A stretch of 64,000 nt of DNA from an uncultured delta proteobacterium. Lineage in GTDB: Bacteria > Desulfobacterota > Binatia > UBA9968. The position numbers and the translations under genes are program-made. Below are positions 1 to 9,910 of this stretch, in pieces; position 1 is the stretch's first letter; each line of letters begins with the position of its first letter. Location of the stretch: the NCBI GenBank assembly GCA_963760795.1, contig CAVXEP010000002.1, positions 149,331 through 213,330 on the forward strand, given 5' to 3'. The notes beneath the pieces were generated by a model that was not told the DNA's origin, did not search any database, and worked only from the letters and a program-made list of their open reading frames with translations.

Positions 1-344
1 TTAGCGTCTTGCCCGCCGTAGCGCGCACCTTGGCGGAATCGATCAAGCCATAGCCGCGCACCCAGATGTCATAGTTTGCCTTGGGCAGATCGGGAATCAG
101 ATAGCGCCCTTGATCGTCGGTGACGACGATCTTGGCGAACTTGGTCGGCAGGTTAGTCGTCTCGGCGATCACCCACACACCAGCCTCCGGCCCGTTAGCG
201 CCGTTGACCACGCCGCCGATGTCATCGCCATCGATGCGCACCACCGCGCCTTGTTGACTGCTCAGTTGATCCGGGCAGCAGCCCAATCAAGCCACTGAGC
301 GCGGTCACCAACACGCCAAAGCCAAGCAACTTTGAACGCTTCAT
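1..344 (-). CDS. Secreted carboxypeptidase-regulatory-like (Ig-like) domain protein, 5' part; runs off the window, one frameshift near 270
   Basis: ATG at 344 with GGAG RBS; signal-peptide-like MKRSKLLGFGVLVTALSGL, then DDIGGVVNGANGPEAGVWVIAETTNLPTKFAKIVVTDDQGRYLIPDLPKANYDIWVRGYGL (read manually). Confidence 0.65.
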
Positions 345-467
345 AAATGACTCCTTTTAAATGAACCAGTACGGCAAGCGAATGGAGAGTAACCGAAATC
401 GAAATCGCACGTCAATCGAAACTGAACAACATTGAACATTGGAGCAACAGCAACTAGCCCAGTCCGG

Positions 468-555
468 TCCCTCCCTTTCGTAAAGGGAGGTTAGGAGGGA
501 TTTTTCAAACTACGAAAAACAAGATCTCCATTAGTCCCCGTTTTTTAAAGGGGAA
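468..555. repeat. REP-like palindrome pair (CCCCTTT-n-AAAGGGG family)
   Basis: cctccctttcgtaaagggagg and ccccgttttttaaagggg; a related copy tcccctctttgaaaaagagggg lies at 13651-13686. Confidence 0.7.
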
Positions 556-620
556 TGAATGCGTGGCCTCAGTCGCTGTTCGGACATGACCTGCGACGTG
601 CAACAGCAGTATCACGTCGA

Positions 621-908
621 TCAGATCGTCTCCGCGACATAAAGCCCGCCGTGGCTCTTCTTGGTTTGCAGTCCCTCCACCGCGGCGCGAAAGGATTTGT
701 AAGAGTCGGTGCCGCGCCAGCGTGCCAGATGCTCCTTGCTTTCCCATAACAAAATGACGATCACCGCCGACGGATCGTCTTCGCTGCATAGGATATGTCC
801 GCCGGTCGAACCCGCCGATTTACAGCCCTGGACCGCTTCGCGATAAATCTTGACGTACTCGGCCCGCTTGGCCGGGTCCACCGTCTGAAAGCGCATTTCG
901 TAAACCAT
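621..908 (-). CDS. Antibiotic biosynthesis monooxygenase (ABM)/NIPSNAP-like dimeric alpha-beta barrel protein
   Basis: ~95 aa MVYEMRFQTVDPAKRAEY...EDDPSAVIVILLWESKEHLARW; the WES-x-E-H pattern is typical of ABM. Confidence 0.7.
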   Translation of the reverse strand: MVYEMRFQTVDPAKRAEYVKIYREAVQGCKSAGSTGGHILCSEDDPSAVIVILLWESKEHLARWRGTDSYKSFRAAVEGLQTKKSHGGLYVAETI

Positions 909-965
909 AGTTTGCCACCTTTTTGCCGTCTGTGAGTTTTTCACCAAATGAGAAACAACTTCCTG

Positions 966-1202
966 ACCACGAAGAACACGAAGCGCACGAAGTTCGGAGT
1001 TTTAATTATCCGAAACCTTCCTGTCCATCTGATTACTATCCTTTATAATTTGCGCGGCCTGCGCAAATTGTCTGAGCGCCATACCCAAGAGGGCGGGTTT
1101 CAAACCCGCCCCTACCAATCCCAATTTTGCGTCCCTTGCGTTCTTTGCGGCCATTCTTCCATTCGGTTGCAGCGGTGCCGCGCTAGGATCTTCGTGGTGA
1201 AA
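966..1202. repeat. Nested intergenic repeat: ACCACGAAG...TTCGTGGT arms enclosing a GTAG-type REP
   Basis: accacgaagaacacgaagcgcacgaag at the left, ttcgtggtgaaa at the right, internal gggcgggtttcaaacccgcccctac; the same arms recur near 10892-10980, 25420-25504 and 42707-43252. Confidence 0.7.
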
Positions 1203-1208
1203 CAAATG

Positions 1209-2684
1209 TTACTTGGTCGGTTCCGTAGCGCCAGCTTTCTCCAACCGCAGCGTCAAGCCATTTTTCTCTATGTAAACCTGGCGGTATTGTTTGCGCTTGG
1301 CGAGTTCGGAGATCAGCAGCGCCAGCGGCTGCGAGATCACGCTATAGTCCTTCGGCGCGCCGGCGGCGAGCATGGCATCGACGGCGGGATCGCCGGCGAT
1401 GACGCGCAGGACCAGTTCTTCGTCAGAAACATTCGAGCCGCCGACTTTGCGCCGCACTTCTGCCAGCGACATTTCCGGCACCGACCAGTTCGCCCACTCT
1501 TTGGCGCGCGGCCGGCTGAGAATCTTGTCCTTGACGCCGGCGTCCATCACCGTCGGCGCTTCCTTGCCCCAGTAACCGAGGGCGTACTGAATCGCCTGGT
1601 CGGTGACCTCTTTGTAGCGCTCGCCGGTGATCACGTTGATCGCCGCCTGACTGCCAACGAATTGCGCCAGCGGCGTCACCATGATCGGATAACCGAACTC
1701 GGCTCGCACCCTGCCGCATTCCTCGAGCGTTTCCTCGATCCGGTTCGCCATTCCCATCTTGCCCAACTGAAAACGCAAGTTAGAAATCATGCCGCCGGGC
1801 ACTTGGTGCAGGTACTGCGCATGATCGTATTCGCGCTGCGCGCCCACCGGATGGCCCTCCAGTTTGGCGATTGAAGTGAAATGCCTCTCCACCGGCTTGA
1901 CCGCTTCCAAGTCAACTTGCGGTTTGTAGCCCAACGCTTGAGCGTTGCGTGCGACGTTGAAGATCGATGGCTGTCCCGAACCGTTGGCCAATGGCGGAAT
2001 ACCGGTGTGAAACGTCTCGACACCGAGCTTCATCGCCTCTAAATAATTGAACGGCGCCATGCCGTTGTTGCAGTGGGCGTGAAACTCCAACGGGACATCG
2101 CCGATGTTTTGCTGGATCAATGGAATCAGCGTGCGCGTCCGATCCGGTGTCAGCAAGCCGGCGACGTCCTTGAAACAGATCCGGTAAGGCTTGATCGCCG
2201 CCGCCTGGCGCGCCCGCGTGGCGAAATATTCATCGGTGTGGCGCGGGGACACGGAATAGATGATATTGACGATCACCTCCATGCCGAGTTTTTGCAGAGC
2301 AGCGATCTCGATGGCAGCGGCATCGTAATCGTTCCACGGATCGGACGTGCGCGTCAGTGTGATTCCATGCGCCGCCACTCGCTCGATCATCAACAGCCGA
2401 ACCGAACGTGGGATTTTTTCGAACCCCGACGCCAGTCCGCCGTGGTAACGCAGCCGCGTGCGGTGAAACTTTTTGGCCCCCTCGCCCATCCATACCCACG
2501 GATTTTCTTTGTGCTCTTTGACGTACTTGATGTAACCGGCAAAGCCGAAGAACTCCATCGACTCAAAACCGCACTGGTCCATCTGTTCGGCGATCGCCAG
2601 CATGGCGCCGGTACGCATGCCCAACGCCCACAAGCTCAACGACCCGTCGCGCACGGTGGTATCGACAAATTTGATTTGCTTCAT
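1209..2684 (-). CDS. Pyruvate/oxaloacetate carboxyltransferase-like protein (PycB/OadA/transcarboxylase 5S type), no biotinyl domain
   Basis: DTTVRDG, FKDVAG, FHAHCNNG, HQVPGGMISNL and GYPIMVTP motifs; no EAMKM biotin-attachment motif. Confidence 0.85.
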   Translation of the reverse strand: MKQIKFVDTTVRDGSLSLWALGMRTGAMLAIAEQMDQCGFESMEFFGFAGYIKYVKEHKENPWVWMGEGAKKFHRTRLRYHGGLASGFEKIPRSVRLLMIERVAAHGITLTRTSDPWNDYDAAAIEIAALQKLGMEVIVNIIYSVSPRHTDEYFATRARQAAAIKPYRICFKDVAGLLTPDRTRTLIPLIQQNIGDVPLEFHAHCNNGMAPFNYLEAMKLGVETFHTGIPPLANGSGQPSIFNVARNAQALGYKPQVDLEAVKPVERHFTSIAKLEGHPVGAQREYDHAQYLHQVPGGMISNLRFQLGKMGMANRIEETLEECGRVRAEFGYPIMVTPLAQFVGSQAAINVITGERYKEVTDQAIQYALGYWGKEAPTVMDAGVKDKILSRPRAKEWANWSVPEMSLAEVRRKVGGSNVSDEELVLRVIAGDPAVDAMLAAGAPKDYSVISQPLALLISELAKRKQYRQVYIEKNGLTLRLEKAGATEPTK

Positions 2685-2907
2685 CTTGTTATCGCTTCGT
2701 TCCAATCGGTGAGTATCGTTTAGAACCGGCGAAATTCTAACTCGACGCTATAACGGTATATCGATTAGCACAGGTGTAACTTTTTAGTCGAGCATGTTTT
2801 GCCGATTGCGAATGTCTACCCGTCGGCTTCTGTCTAGGGATTGCGAATAATTTTCCTGAGACTGTCCCGCCTGTGGGACTTTAACCTCACCAGCGCCACC
2901 GACAGGA

Positions 2908-2923
2908 TGGCATAGTCGTTGCT
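2908..2923 (+). promoter_or_regulatory. Putative sigma-54 (-24/-12) promoter
   Basis: TGGCATAGTCGTTGCT: GG and GC 10 nt apart, matching TGGCAC-N5-TTGC, ~60 nt upstream of the ATG at 2982. Confidence 0.55.
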
Positions 2924-2981
2924 CCTCAAGTGATCATGAGGAATTTCTTGTTATTTTATTAACGTTAAAAGGAGAGACTGT

Positions 2982-3548
2982 ATGAAGAAAACTATCATGG
3001 CGGCAATCGTCGTATCAGGGTCGTTGATCGGCGGCGCTTTATCGGCGCAGCAAACCGCGCCCAATAATAAGAATATGCCCAATGCCAATCCAGCCACCGA
3101 GGTGCCACGTGAAATAAATCCCAGCAACCCCGGCCAAGTCGCCCCCAAAGGACCAGGTCTGGACCAAAAAATTCCCGGCCAAGAGGGCACCATTCCGGAA
3201 ATTATCCAGCGCCCCGGCGGCGTGACTCCGCAAGCGCAGACTCCCCAACAGCAAGCTCCGCAAGCGCAAATGACCGTTTCCCCCGAAGAAATTCGCCGGG
3301 CGCAAGAAGCTCTCAAGACAAAAGGTTACGATCCGGGAGCGGCCAGTGGCAATTTGCACGCGGGCACTCAAGAAGCCTTGCGTAAGTATCAAAAAGCTAA
3401 CAATTTGCCGGTCACCGGAGTTCTGGATGAACGGACGGCGGAGACACTCGGAGTAGAAATTCGCAAAAGCGATAGCAAGCCTTCTGATACTAAATCTTTT
3501 GATAGTAATTCGTCTAGAGAACCGAACAAATCGGTACCCGCGAAGTAA
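2982..3548 (+). CDS. Secreted peptidoglycan-binding domain protein
   Basis: AGGAG RBS, signal peptide, P/Q-rich linker, then IRRAQEALKTKGYDPG...TQEALRKYQKANNLPVTGVLD (PG_binding_1 pattern). Confidence 0.85.
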   Translation: MKKTIMAAIVVSGSLIGGALSAQQTAPNNKNMPNANPATEVPREINPSNPGQVAPKGPGLDQKIPGQEGTIPEIIQRPGGVTPQAQTPQQQAPQAQMTVSPEEIRRAQEALKTKGYDPGAASGNLHAGTQEALRKYQKANNLPVTGVLDERTAETLGVEIRKSDSKPSDTKSFDSNSSREPNKSVPAK

Positions 3549-3567
3549 ACGCGTGTGAAAACTTAAG

Positions 3568-3596
3568 CGGCGGGTAGCGAAAGTCGCTACCCGCCG
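3568..3596. terminator. Hairpin between convergent genes (probable bidirectional terminator)
   Basis: Perfect 13-bp inverted repeat cggcgggtagcga-aag-tcgctacccgccg. Confidence 0.65.
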
Positions 3597-4879
3597 ACGT
3601 GACCGGCGACTATTGATTTTACGATCGCTGTCATCTGTTCGAGATCTTCAAATGCGACGCTGGGTTCACAGGGCAATTCGATCAGGTCGGGCCAAACCAG
3701 ATCGGAGTAAGGCAAACGATCCCACACGCATTGCGTGATATGCGTCAATAAGTGAATCGGCATGTAACTGCCCTGTACTTCGTAACCGGCTTGGCCCAGC
3801 GCCGCTATAATCCTTGCCGCAAGGTCCTCGCCGCGCTCTTTCCCCACGATCCGAACGACCTGCGTCAAGCAGGCCGAGCCGGGGTTGTGGCGAATCAACT
3901 CGATACCCGACTCGTTGCCGAGCAGTCGGTGATAGGCGTCGACTCTGGCACGGCGCGCATGAAGATTTTCCGGCAGCGAATGAATAAGACTGCGCGCCAC
4001 CGTGGCATTTAAGTTCGCCATTATTTCGCATCGATAAACTTTTGGCGGAGCTTGGGGGCTTTTTTCATGGGCGCGCGAAAGCACGCGTTGAAACGGTAAT
4101 GTCCAGCCGCGCCAACGGTGCAACACCAGCGTTGAAGTCAGCCGCGCGAGCGTGTGAGCCGCGCTCGGATGGCCAAGGACTACTTCCCGCGCGCTTTCGA
4201 GCACTCCACGGCTGCGGGAAACCAGCACGCCGCCGCCAAGACCGAAGCAAACTTTCTCGGCGCCGAAACTTAATACTCCCATATCGCCGAAGGTACCCGC
4301 CCGCCGGCCGTCGATGGTGGCACCAAGCGCTTGCGCGGCATCGTCGATGACGACGATATTGTTCGCGTCACCCAGCTCGACAATCTCTTCGATATTGGCC
4401 GGATTGCCGAACAAATGGGGCACGAGGACCGCGCGAGTTCTGCGTGTACGCGCAGCGTCAACCGTTTCCGCCGTGAGATTGAGGTCACTACCAACATCGG
4501 CCAACACCGGCGTCGCGCCCACGGCCAAGATCGGCGCCACCACGGTGCTGCAACAAAAACTCGGAATAATCACTTCATCGCCTTGGTCGAGGTGACAGGT
4601 GCGCAAAGCGAGCTCCAACGCCAAACTGCCAGAGCCGCAAAGTATGGCATCCTCGATGCCAAGAAGATCCAGTAGCTCTGAGCGCAATGCCACGAGATCC
4701 GTGCCGCGAATTATTTGGCCGGAAACCAGACAGCGCAGTAGGTTTCGCTGCGTCTCGTGATTCCAGAATGGGACTGCGAGGGGAACGCGTGGGAAAGAAC
4801 GGCGGAGAAAATCGTTCAAGGGTTCAAGGTTCAAAAGTTCAATCGTTTTCGGATCGCGCAGTGTAGATTGGTGGGCCAC
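3587..4879 (-). CDS. DegT/DnrJ/EryC1/StrS family PLP-dependent aminotransferase
   Basis: SGSLALELAL, GDEVIIPSF, VLVPHLFG, VIDDAAQALG, LSFGAEK (PLP lysine); start codon uncertain. Confidence 0.85.
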   Translation of the reverse strand: MAHQSTLRDPKTIELLNLEPLNDFLRRSFPRVPLAVPFWNHETQRNLLRCLVSGQIIRGTDLVALRSELLDLLGIEDAILCGSGSLALELALRTCHLDQGDEVIIPSFCCSTVVAPILAVGATPVLADVGSDLNLTAETVDAARTRRTRAVLVPHLFGNPANIEEIVELGDANNIVVIDDAAQALGATIDGRRAGTFGDMGVLSFGAEKVCFGLGGGVLVSRSRGVLESAREVVLGHPSAAHTLARLTSTLVLHRWRGWTLPFQRVLSRAHEKSPQAPPKVYRCEIMANLNATVARSLIHSLPENLHARRARVDAYHRLLGNESGIELIRHNPGSACLTQVVRIVGKERGEDLAARIIAALGQAGYEVQGSYMPIHLLTHITQCVWDRLPYSDLVWPDLIELPCEPSVAFEDLEQMTAIVKSIVAGHVGG

Positions 4880-5011
4880 AGTGACATCGAATTGTTTGCG
4901 CTAGCTTCCCTGCGCCCTTTGCGTTCTTTGCAGCAATTCCCCGATTCCGAAATGGTCCGGGCAAAACCGGCCCCTACTTTGTGACCTATGTGCCCTTTGT
5001 GGTTAAATCTC

Positions 5012-5713
5012 TCAATCCAGTCTCTCCATCTCCTCGGCCACACCGAGATGATACAACTTGAATAGCTCCAGCGCATCGTCAGCGGCCTTGAGCGCGCTGT
5101 CGCGATTGGAGATGAATTTGTCGAGCAGCGGCACGAATAGATCGCTGTGTTTTTCATCGGCGACGGCATGAGCGGCAAAGTTGGCCATCTCTTCCCATTT
5201 GTAACCGAAGTCGCGTATCCAGCGCAGACCGTCGCGCCGCGATAGGCCGCCGCCTTGATCGAGCAAGCGGCGGTCATCGTTCACCCACTCGGTCGCCATC
5301 ATGGCGATCAAGCCGTCTTGCCAGGCTGCCGCGCGCGTGATCCACTTCCAACCGTAAAACGTCGCCATGCTGGTGCGCAGCGGCTGTACCTGAGCGAAGT
5401 CTTCGGCCGTCAGACCAATCAGCGCGCCCTGGCGAATCAGCAAGTCATAGTGGCCTTTGGAACTGTACTCGTCTTCCACCAACTCATCATATTCATGGGC
5501 CATCAGCCGCTGGCGCATCGCTGGCGCGTCGCAGTTGGCGATCAGATTGGCCCAGCCGTCGCGGCGGCAACTGACGAAGAGACTCAATTGCAACAGCGCC
5601 ACCCGCGCCCGCGCCGTTGTCATCTTGACGGCAAAGTAACGCTCCATCTCCGGCGACGCCATCGCGGCGCGCACCCGCTCGCCGATCGCATGTTCCCAAT
5701 TGCCTGCCATCAC
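5012..5713 (-). CDS. Heme-oxygenase-like diiron protein (TenA/PqqC/CADD-like iron-containing redox enzyme)
   Basis: Helical ~230 aa protein with HEYDE...GHYDL, ATE and FAAHAVADEKH candidate metal ligands. Confidence 0.7.
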   Translation of the reverse strand: MMAGNWEHAIGERVRAAMASPEMERYFAVKMTTARARVALLQLSLFVSCRRDGWANLIANCDAPAMRQRLMAHEYDELVEDEYSSKGHYDLLIRQGALIGLTAEDFAQVQPLRTSMATFYGWKWITRAAAWQDGLIAMMATEWVNDDRRLLDQGGGLSRRDGLRWIRDFGYKWEEMANFAAHAVADEKHSDLFVPLLDKFISNRDSALKAADDALELFKLYHLGVAEEMERLD

Positions 5714-5829
5714 TTTCCTTTCCGCTATGGACTGAATTACGACCCCGTGTATTGAAACCCTAATCCGTTCGTCCTGAGGGTCTCGAAGGACTCCGAGTTA
5801 GAGTCTTTGATCCGCGGCGCGCGGCAATT

Positions 5830-6973
5830 TTACTTCATCGCCAGATTGCTGACTGTCCCGAGCTCGTCGAGCTTGAAGCCGCCATTGGAATTAGCCTGCT
5901 GAATGCGCCGCCATTCGTCGTGATAGCCAGACGGTATGGCCGCGAAAGTGCGGCATGACGTAGCGCGCAAACAGTTCATAGGACCGGCGGACCTTCTCCG
6001 TGCCGGTCCACTCATGGGTGGTTAACAACAATCCGCCGAAGCCGCCGGTCTCTTCCTGCATCCTTTCGATCTGCTTGATCGCATCGTCCGGCGTGCCGAT
6101 GATCCAGTCGCGCCGGTCGGCGCCGGAGCGTGGGGTGATTTCGCTGAACGGTTGACCCGGATAGGACTCGTAGGGCGCTTTCAAGCCGATGGCGGCGAAG
6201 TATTCCATGTCGCGGCCGATGCTCGCCTCGACATCGCGCCACGCCTCTTCCTTGCTGTCGGCAAGATAAACGCAGGTGGCGATGCGCCAGTTGTCGCGCG
6301 AAGTCGCGGTGCCATGTTTGGCCGCGATCGTTTCGACCTTGTTCCACTGCTCGGCTTTGGTCTGGTTGTTGCGGACGTTTTTTCCCGCCGGCGACAAAAA
6401 TTGCATGCCGTACTTGCCCGCCAGCTCGAGACTGATCGGATTTCCCGATGACGCGATCGCCATCGGCAGGCGCGGCTGCTGGTAGGAGCGCAGCTGCAAG
6501 CGCATTTGTTTGAACTGCCAAAACTGGCCGTCGTAATCAATCGGTTCCGGCGATTCGAGCAAACGCACGATGATATCCACCGACTCGGCCATCATCGGAT
6601 AGAGCTTTTCGTTGGGCAGGCCGAATAAGACTTTGTCCGTCACTAAAGCGCAAGGTCCGACCCCGAGAATCGCGCGACCGCGCGTCAAATGATCGAGAAA
6701 TGCCATCCGCTCGGCGACATAGTAAGGATGATGAAACGGCACGCTGATCACCGACGTGCCGAGACGAATGCGCTGGGCCTGCGCCGACGCTTTCGCCAAC
6801 GCCATCTCCGGCGCCGGCATGGTCTCCCAGCCGCCCGAGTGATGCTCGCCGATGAAGCACTCGTCATAGCCAAGCTCGTCGGCAAGATGGATCAGCGATA
6901 TGTCGCGGTCGAAAGCCAGCGACGGGCTCTCCGACGGATGATGCAGCGGCATCATGAAGAGTGAGAATTTCAT
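5830..6973 (-). CDS. LLM-class flavin-dependent monooxygenase (frameshift near 5935)
   Basis: ADELGYDECFIGEHHS, RIRLGTSV, AERMAFLDHLTRGRAILGVG; the C-terminus continues in the 5830-6015 frame (GYHDEWRRIQQ...). Confidence 0.9.
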
Positions 6974-7278
6974 AATTCGACTCCTTCTCAGTCAATCTCT
7001 ACTGCGGAAACGGGATCGGGAGCAAGAGCGAAGTGTGTAGGCAGGAGCGAGAAGCACTGGCAAACTAACCGAGGAAGGCTCCCAACTCTAGCTGAGATAA
7101 GCCGCCGATTGTTAGTGAGATAACCTGCCGCGCCGGTCGGCTTTTTCCGGTAAGGCTGAGATTGACAAGATAAGGTAGCGGATGGATATTGCCGCTAATT
7201 TGAATTTTTGTCATCGAAGCCGCTGAGGGCAGGAAGAAAGAAACAAGCATATTACGGCACTGCCACACGGAGGGGAAC

Positions 7279-8269
7279 ATGCAAAAACTATCGTCACTTA
7301 TATTCACGACCCTGATCAACGTCGGTATTATAGCACTAGCGCGCAAAAGCATAGCGCAGAAGAGCGCCACGCCATGAAGACAGGCACCCGCCTTATCACG
7401 CTTGGGACGTCAGCTGGTCCGCCACCGAGAGCCCATCGAGCGCAATCGTCCAATCTGCTGATTGTCAACGGCGCGCTGTACGTTGTTGATGCGGGCGACG
7501 GCGTCGCACGCCGTCTTGCGAAAGCTGGTATCAACGTTCGAGAGATCGGAACTGTTTTTATCACTCACCATCATGACGATCACACGGCCGGTCTTGGTAC
7601 ACTGTTGTCGGTTGCGTGGGATCAAAATCGCACCAAACCGATCAATGTCTATGGCCCGCCCAGGACAGTAGAGCTGGTCAAGGCCGCTGTGCAGTATTTC
7701 ACTATTAGTGCTGAGATCAGGATTGCCGACGGAGGCCGCACGCGTACCGATAGCTCAGGTGTTCTTCGGTCATGATGTCGGCACCGGGATGGTTTACCAG
7801 GACGCGAACGTCAAGGTGACGGCCGTCGAAAACAGCCATTTTGATTTCCATGAAGGCCCGGCTTCCGGCAAGCACAAGTCCTATGCCTATCGTTTTGAAA
7901 CACCTGATCGCGTGATTGTGTTCACGGGGGATACCGGCCCTAGCGATGCCGTCACTGAACTTGCGAAAGGCGCCGATCTGCTCGTCTCGGAAACCTCTTC
8001 GTGCCAAGGTCGAATGCAAGAGATGGCCGATGATGGTCGCTGGCAAGCCATGAGCCTGGCCGAGCAGGCCGGCATTGTGCGGCAGATGACCCAGGGACAT
8101 ATGACCCTGGACGAAATCGGGAAGATGGCGGCAACAGCGCAAGGTCAAGACCGTGGTGCTGTCGCACCTGACGCACAAGCCCGACGGCGATTATACGCCT
8201 TGGGCCGAGGAGGTGAAGAAACACTTTTCCGGCCAGGTGCTCATCGCCAAAGACCTGATGGAGTTTTAA
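7279..8269 (+). CDS. Secreted MBL-fold hydrolase (RNase Z/arylsulfatase-like), several frameshifts
   Basis: Signal peptide, LITLGTSAGP, VVDAGDG, THHHDDH, VFTGDTGP, GADLLVSE, VVLSHL, ends AKDLMEF. Confidence 0.8.
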
Positions 8270-8414
8270 CCACTTCAACGTAAGCAGGAAAACGTCGAGC
8301 ATAACTTGGCGCTTCAGACCGATCTCTGAAAGCCGCGACGGCTGAGCTATCTCGCCCCAGAACCCCAACTGCCGTACTCTGACAGATCGCGCAGAGATTC
8401 GATTTGCCTCGCGT

Positions 8415-8507
8415 ATGGTGACTTTCCCAAGCCAGTTTTTTCTTCGCCAGGGCTAAGCGGACCTTCTGCGCGCACACCGACATATCGTTGTGATAGAGCT
8501 CGATTAT
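8415..8507 (-). pseudogene. Glutathione S-transferase N-terminal remnant
   Basis: (I)IELYHNDMSVCAQKVRLALAKKKLAWESHH; the start position reads ATA and similarity ends after ~30 codons. Confidence 0.65.
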
Positions 8508-8722
8508 GAACCGTTCTCCTTGTGCGCGCCTTGTGACCGCTGAACGGCCTTTATCGACAACACATGGCGCACCGCTTCGATAATTTCATAGCGATTGCCG
8601 GCCCGATCTGGATTGGCGCGCAACAGATCGACGATCTTTTGCGCTTCCGGTAGGGAGTAAAATAAACCGACCGTGCTGATCGCGCCATCCGGGCGAATTT
8701 CGTTGACGTAAAGTTTTTCCAT
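8504..8722 (-). CDS. Small hypothetical protein
   Basis: 72-codon ORF MEKLYVNEIRPDGAISTVGLFYSL..., co-oriented with its neighbours. Confidence 0.45.
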   Translation of the reverse strand: MEKLYVNEIRPDGAISTVGLFYSLPEAQKIVDLLRANPDRAGNRYEIIEAVRHVLSIKAVQRSQGAHKENGS

Positions 8723-8791
8723 CGATAATTTTCCGACCTTCGCGCCTTTGCGTCTTTGCGAGAAATATTTTTCTCCGATCATCCATCTGAA

Positions 8792-9700
8792 CTAATAAGT
8801 CTTCGGCGTCTTGTAGCCCACCTGTTTGCGCTCTTTCATGAACGCTTTGTAAGTATCGGGATGCGATTTCACGATGTAAGGGCAGACATCGACGCATAGA
8901 TGGCAGTACTCTTCCCGCAGTCGCGAGTAGGGATAGCATTTCTCCAGATCGATGAGCCAGCGCTTGATCCCATGGGTCATGACGTGATCCTGCGGAATCG
9001 CGTCGCCCGGGCAGTTGCGTTGGCAGACATTGCAGTTCATGCAGAAATCCTGCACGCCAAATTCCCGCGGTTGGTCCTCCACCAGCGGCAGGTCCGTCGT
9101 CACAAACCCAGGGCGAAAGCTCGCGCCGTACTTTTCGTTGATCAAACTGCCATGCCGGCCGAGCTCGCCGAAACCCACTTGGTAGAAAATCGGAATCGCC
9201 TGCACCTCGCTGGCGCCATTGTGGTGCGCGATAGCCGGATAGCCCATCTCCCGGACATAAGCCGCAAGCGCGGTTGAGATTTCCGTGCACTTCGCATACA
9301 CCCGCATCGCTTCTTCCTCGACGGCGTCCGGCCCGTGAAGAACCTTTTCATAATCTTCAGCAACGCAGCAGGCGATCACAAACTCATGCGCTACTTCCGA
9401 CCCGAGGTCGATCATGTGCGGCTGCAAGCGGCAGATGCCGACCATGTCGGCGCCAAGCTCGGCCGCTCTCGCCTTGATACGTGCCGTCATCGCGGCCGGA
9501 TCGTTCACCGTCTCCCGCTGCGAATTCACCGGACCATCGCGTAACGGCGCCAGCTTCACCCAACTGGCGCGATAAGCTTGAATGGCCGGCTTAACCGCCG
9601 CGTAGTGACGCGACTCCGCCGCCCCTGTGGCATGAACCATCTCGGCCAACACCGGGTCAGCCATGCCTTGTTCTCGTCTCGGTGTTATTCCGCGCATCAC
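8792..9700 (-). CDS. Reductive dehalogenase/QueG-like cobalamin and 2x[4Fe-4S] protein
   Basis: ELGADMVGIC, GFGELGRHGSLINEKYG, VTTDLPLVED, FCMNCNVCQRNCP and KC-x10-CHLCVDVCP. Confidence 0.8.
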   Translation of the reverse strand: MMRGITPRREQGMADPVLAEMVHATGAAESRHYAAVKPAIQAYRASWVKLAPLRDGPVNSQRETVNDPAAMTARIKARAAELGADMVGICRLQPHMIDLGSEVAHEFVIACCVAEDYEKVLHGPDAVEEEAMRVYAKCTEISTALAAYVREMGYPAIAHHNGASEVQAIPIFYQVGFGELGRHGSLINEKYGASFRPGFVTTDLPLVEDQPREFGVQDFCMNCNVCQRNCPGDAIPQDHVMTHGIKRWLIDLEKCYPYSRLREEYCHLCVDVCPYIVKSHPDTYKAFMKERKQVGYKTPKTY

Positions 9701-9910
9701 TGCTGTCCCAATTAGCCGGGGTTCAAACTAGCGGCCATTGATTTTACGTCGTCTTTGGACGGGCTTTGCGTCATTTTGAAACCAGACCTCATTGTGCTGG
9801 ATTTTGCGTTCTTTGCGCCCTTTGCGGTAAATTATCCGATTCCAAATCTTTCTTTCGCTTGCGGCTGTGCCGCGCTCAGCCCTTCATAGTAAAAACAATC
9901 TTTCTTCTTA

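Noticed and set aside
948-1205. Small ORFs starting in intergenic repeats (e.g. 1002-1205, 9766-9954, 10956-11257, 25381-25566)
   Set aside because: They are translations of the palindromic repeat families (TTKNTKRTK, FVxFVV patterns), not evidence of genes
5012-5713. pqqC or tenA gene assignment (also for 23523-24281)
   Set aside because: No pqq or thiamine-salvage context; only a superfamily-level call is supportable
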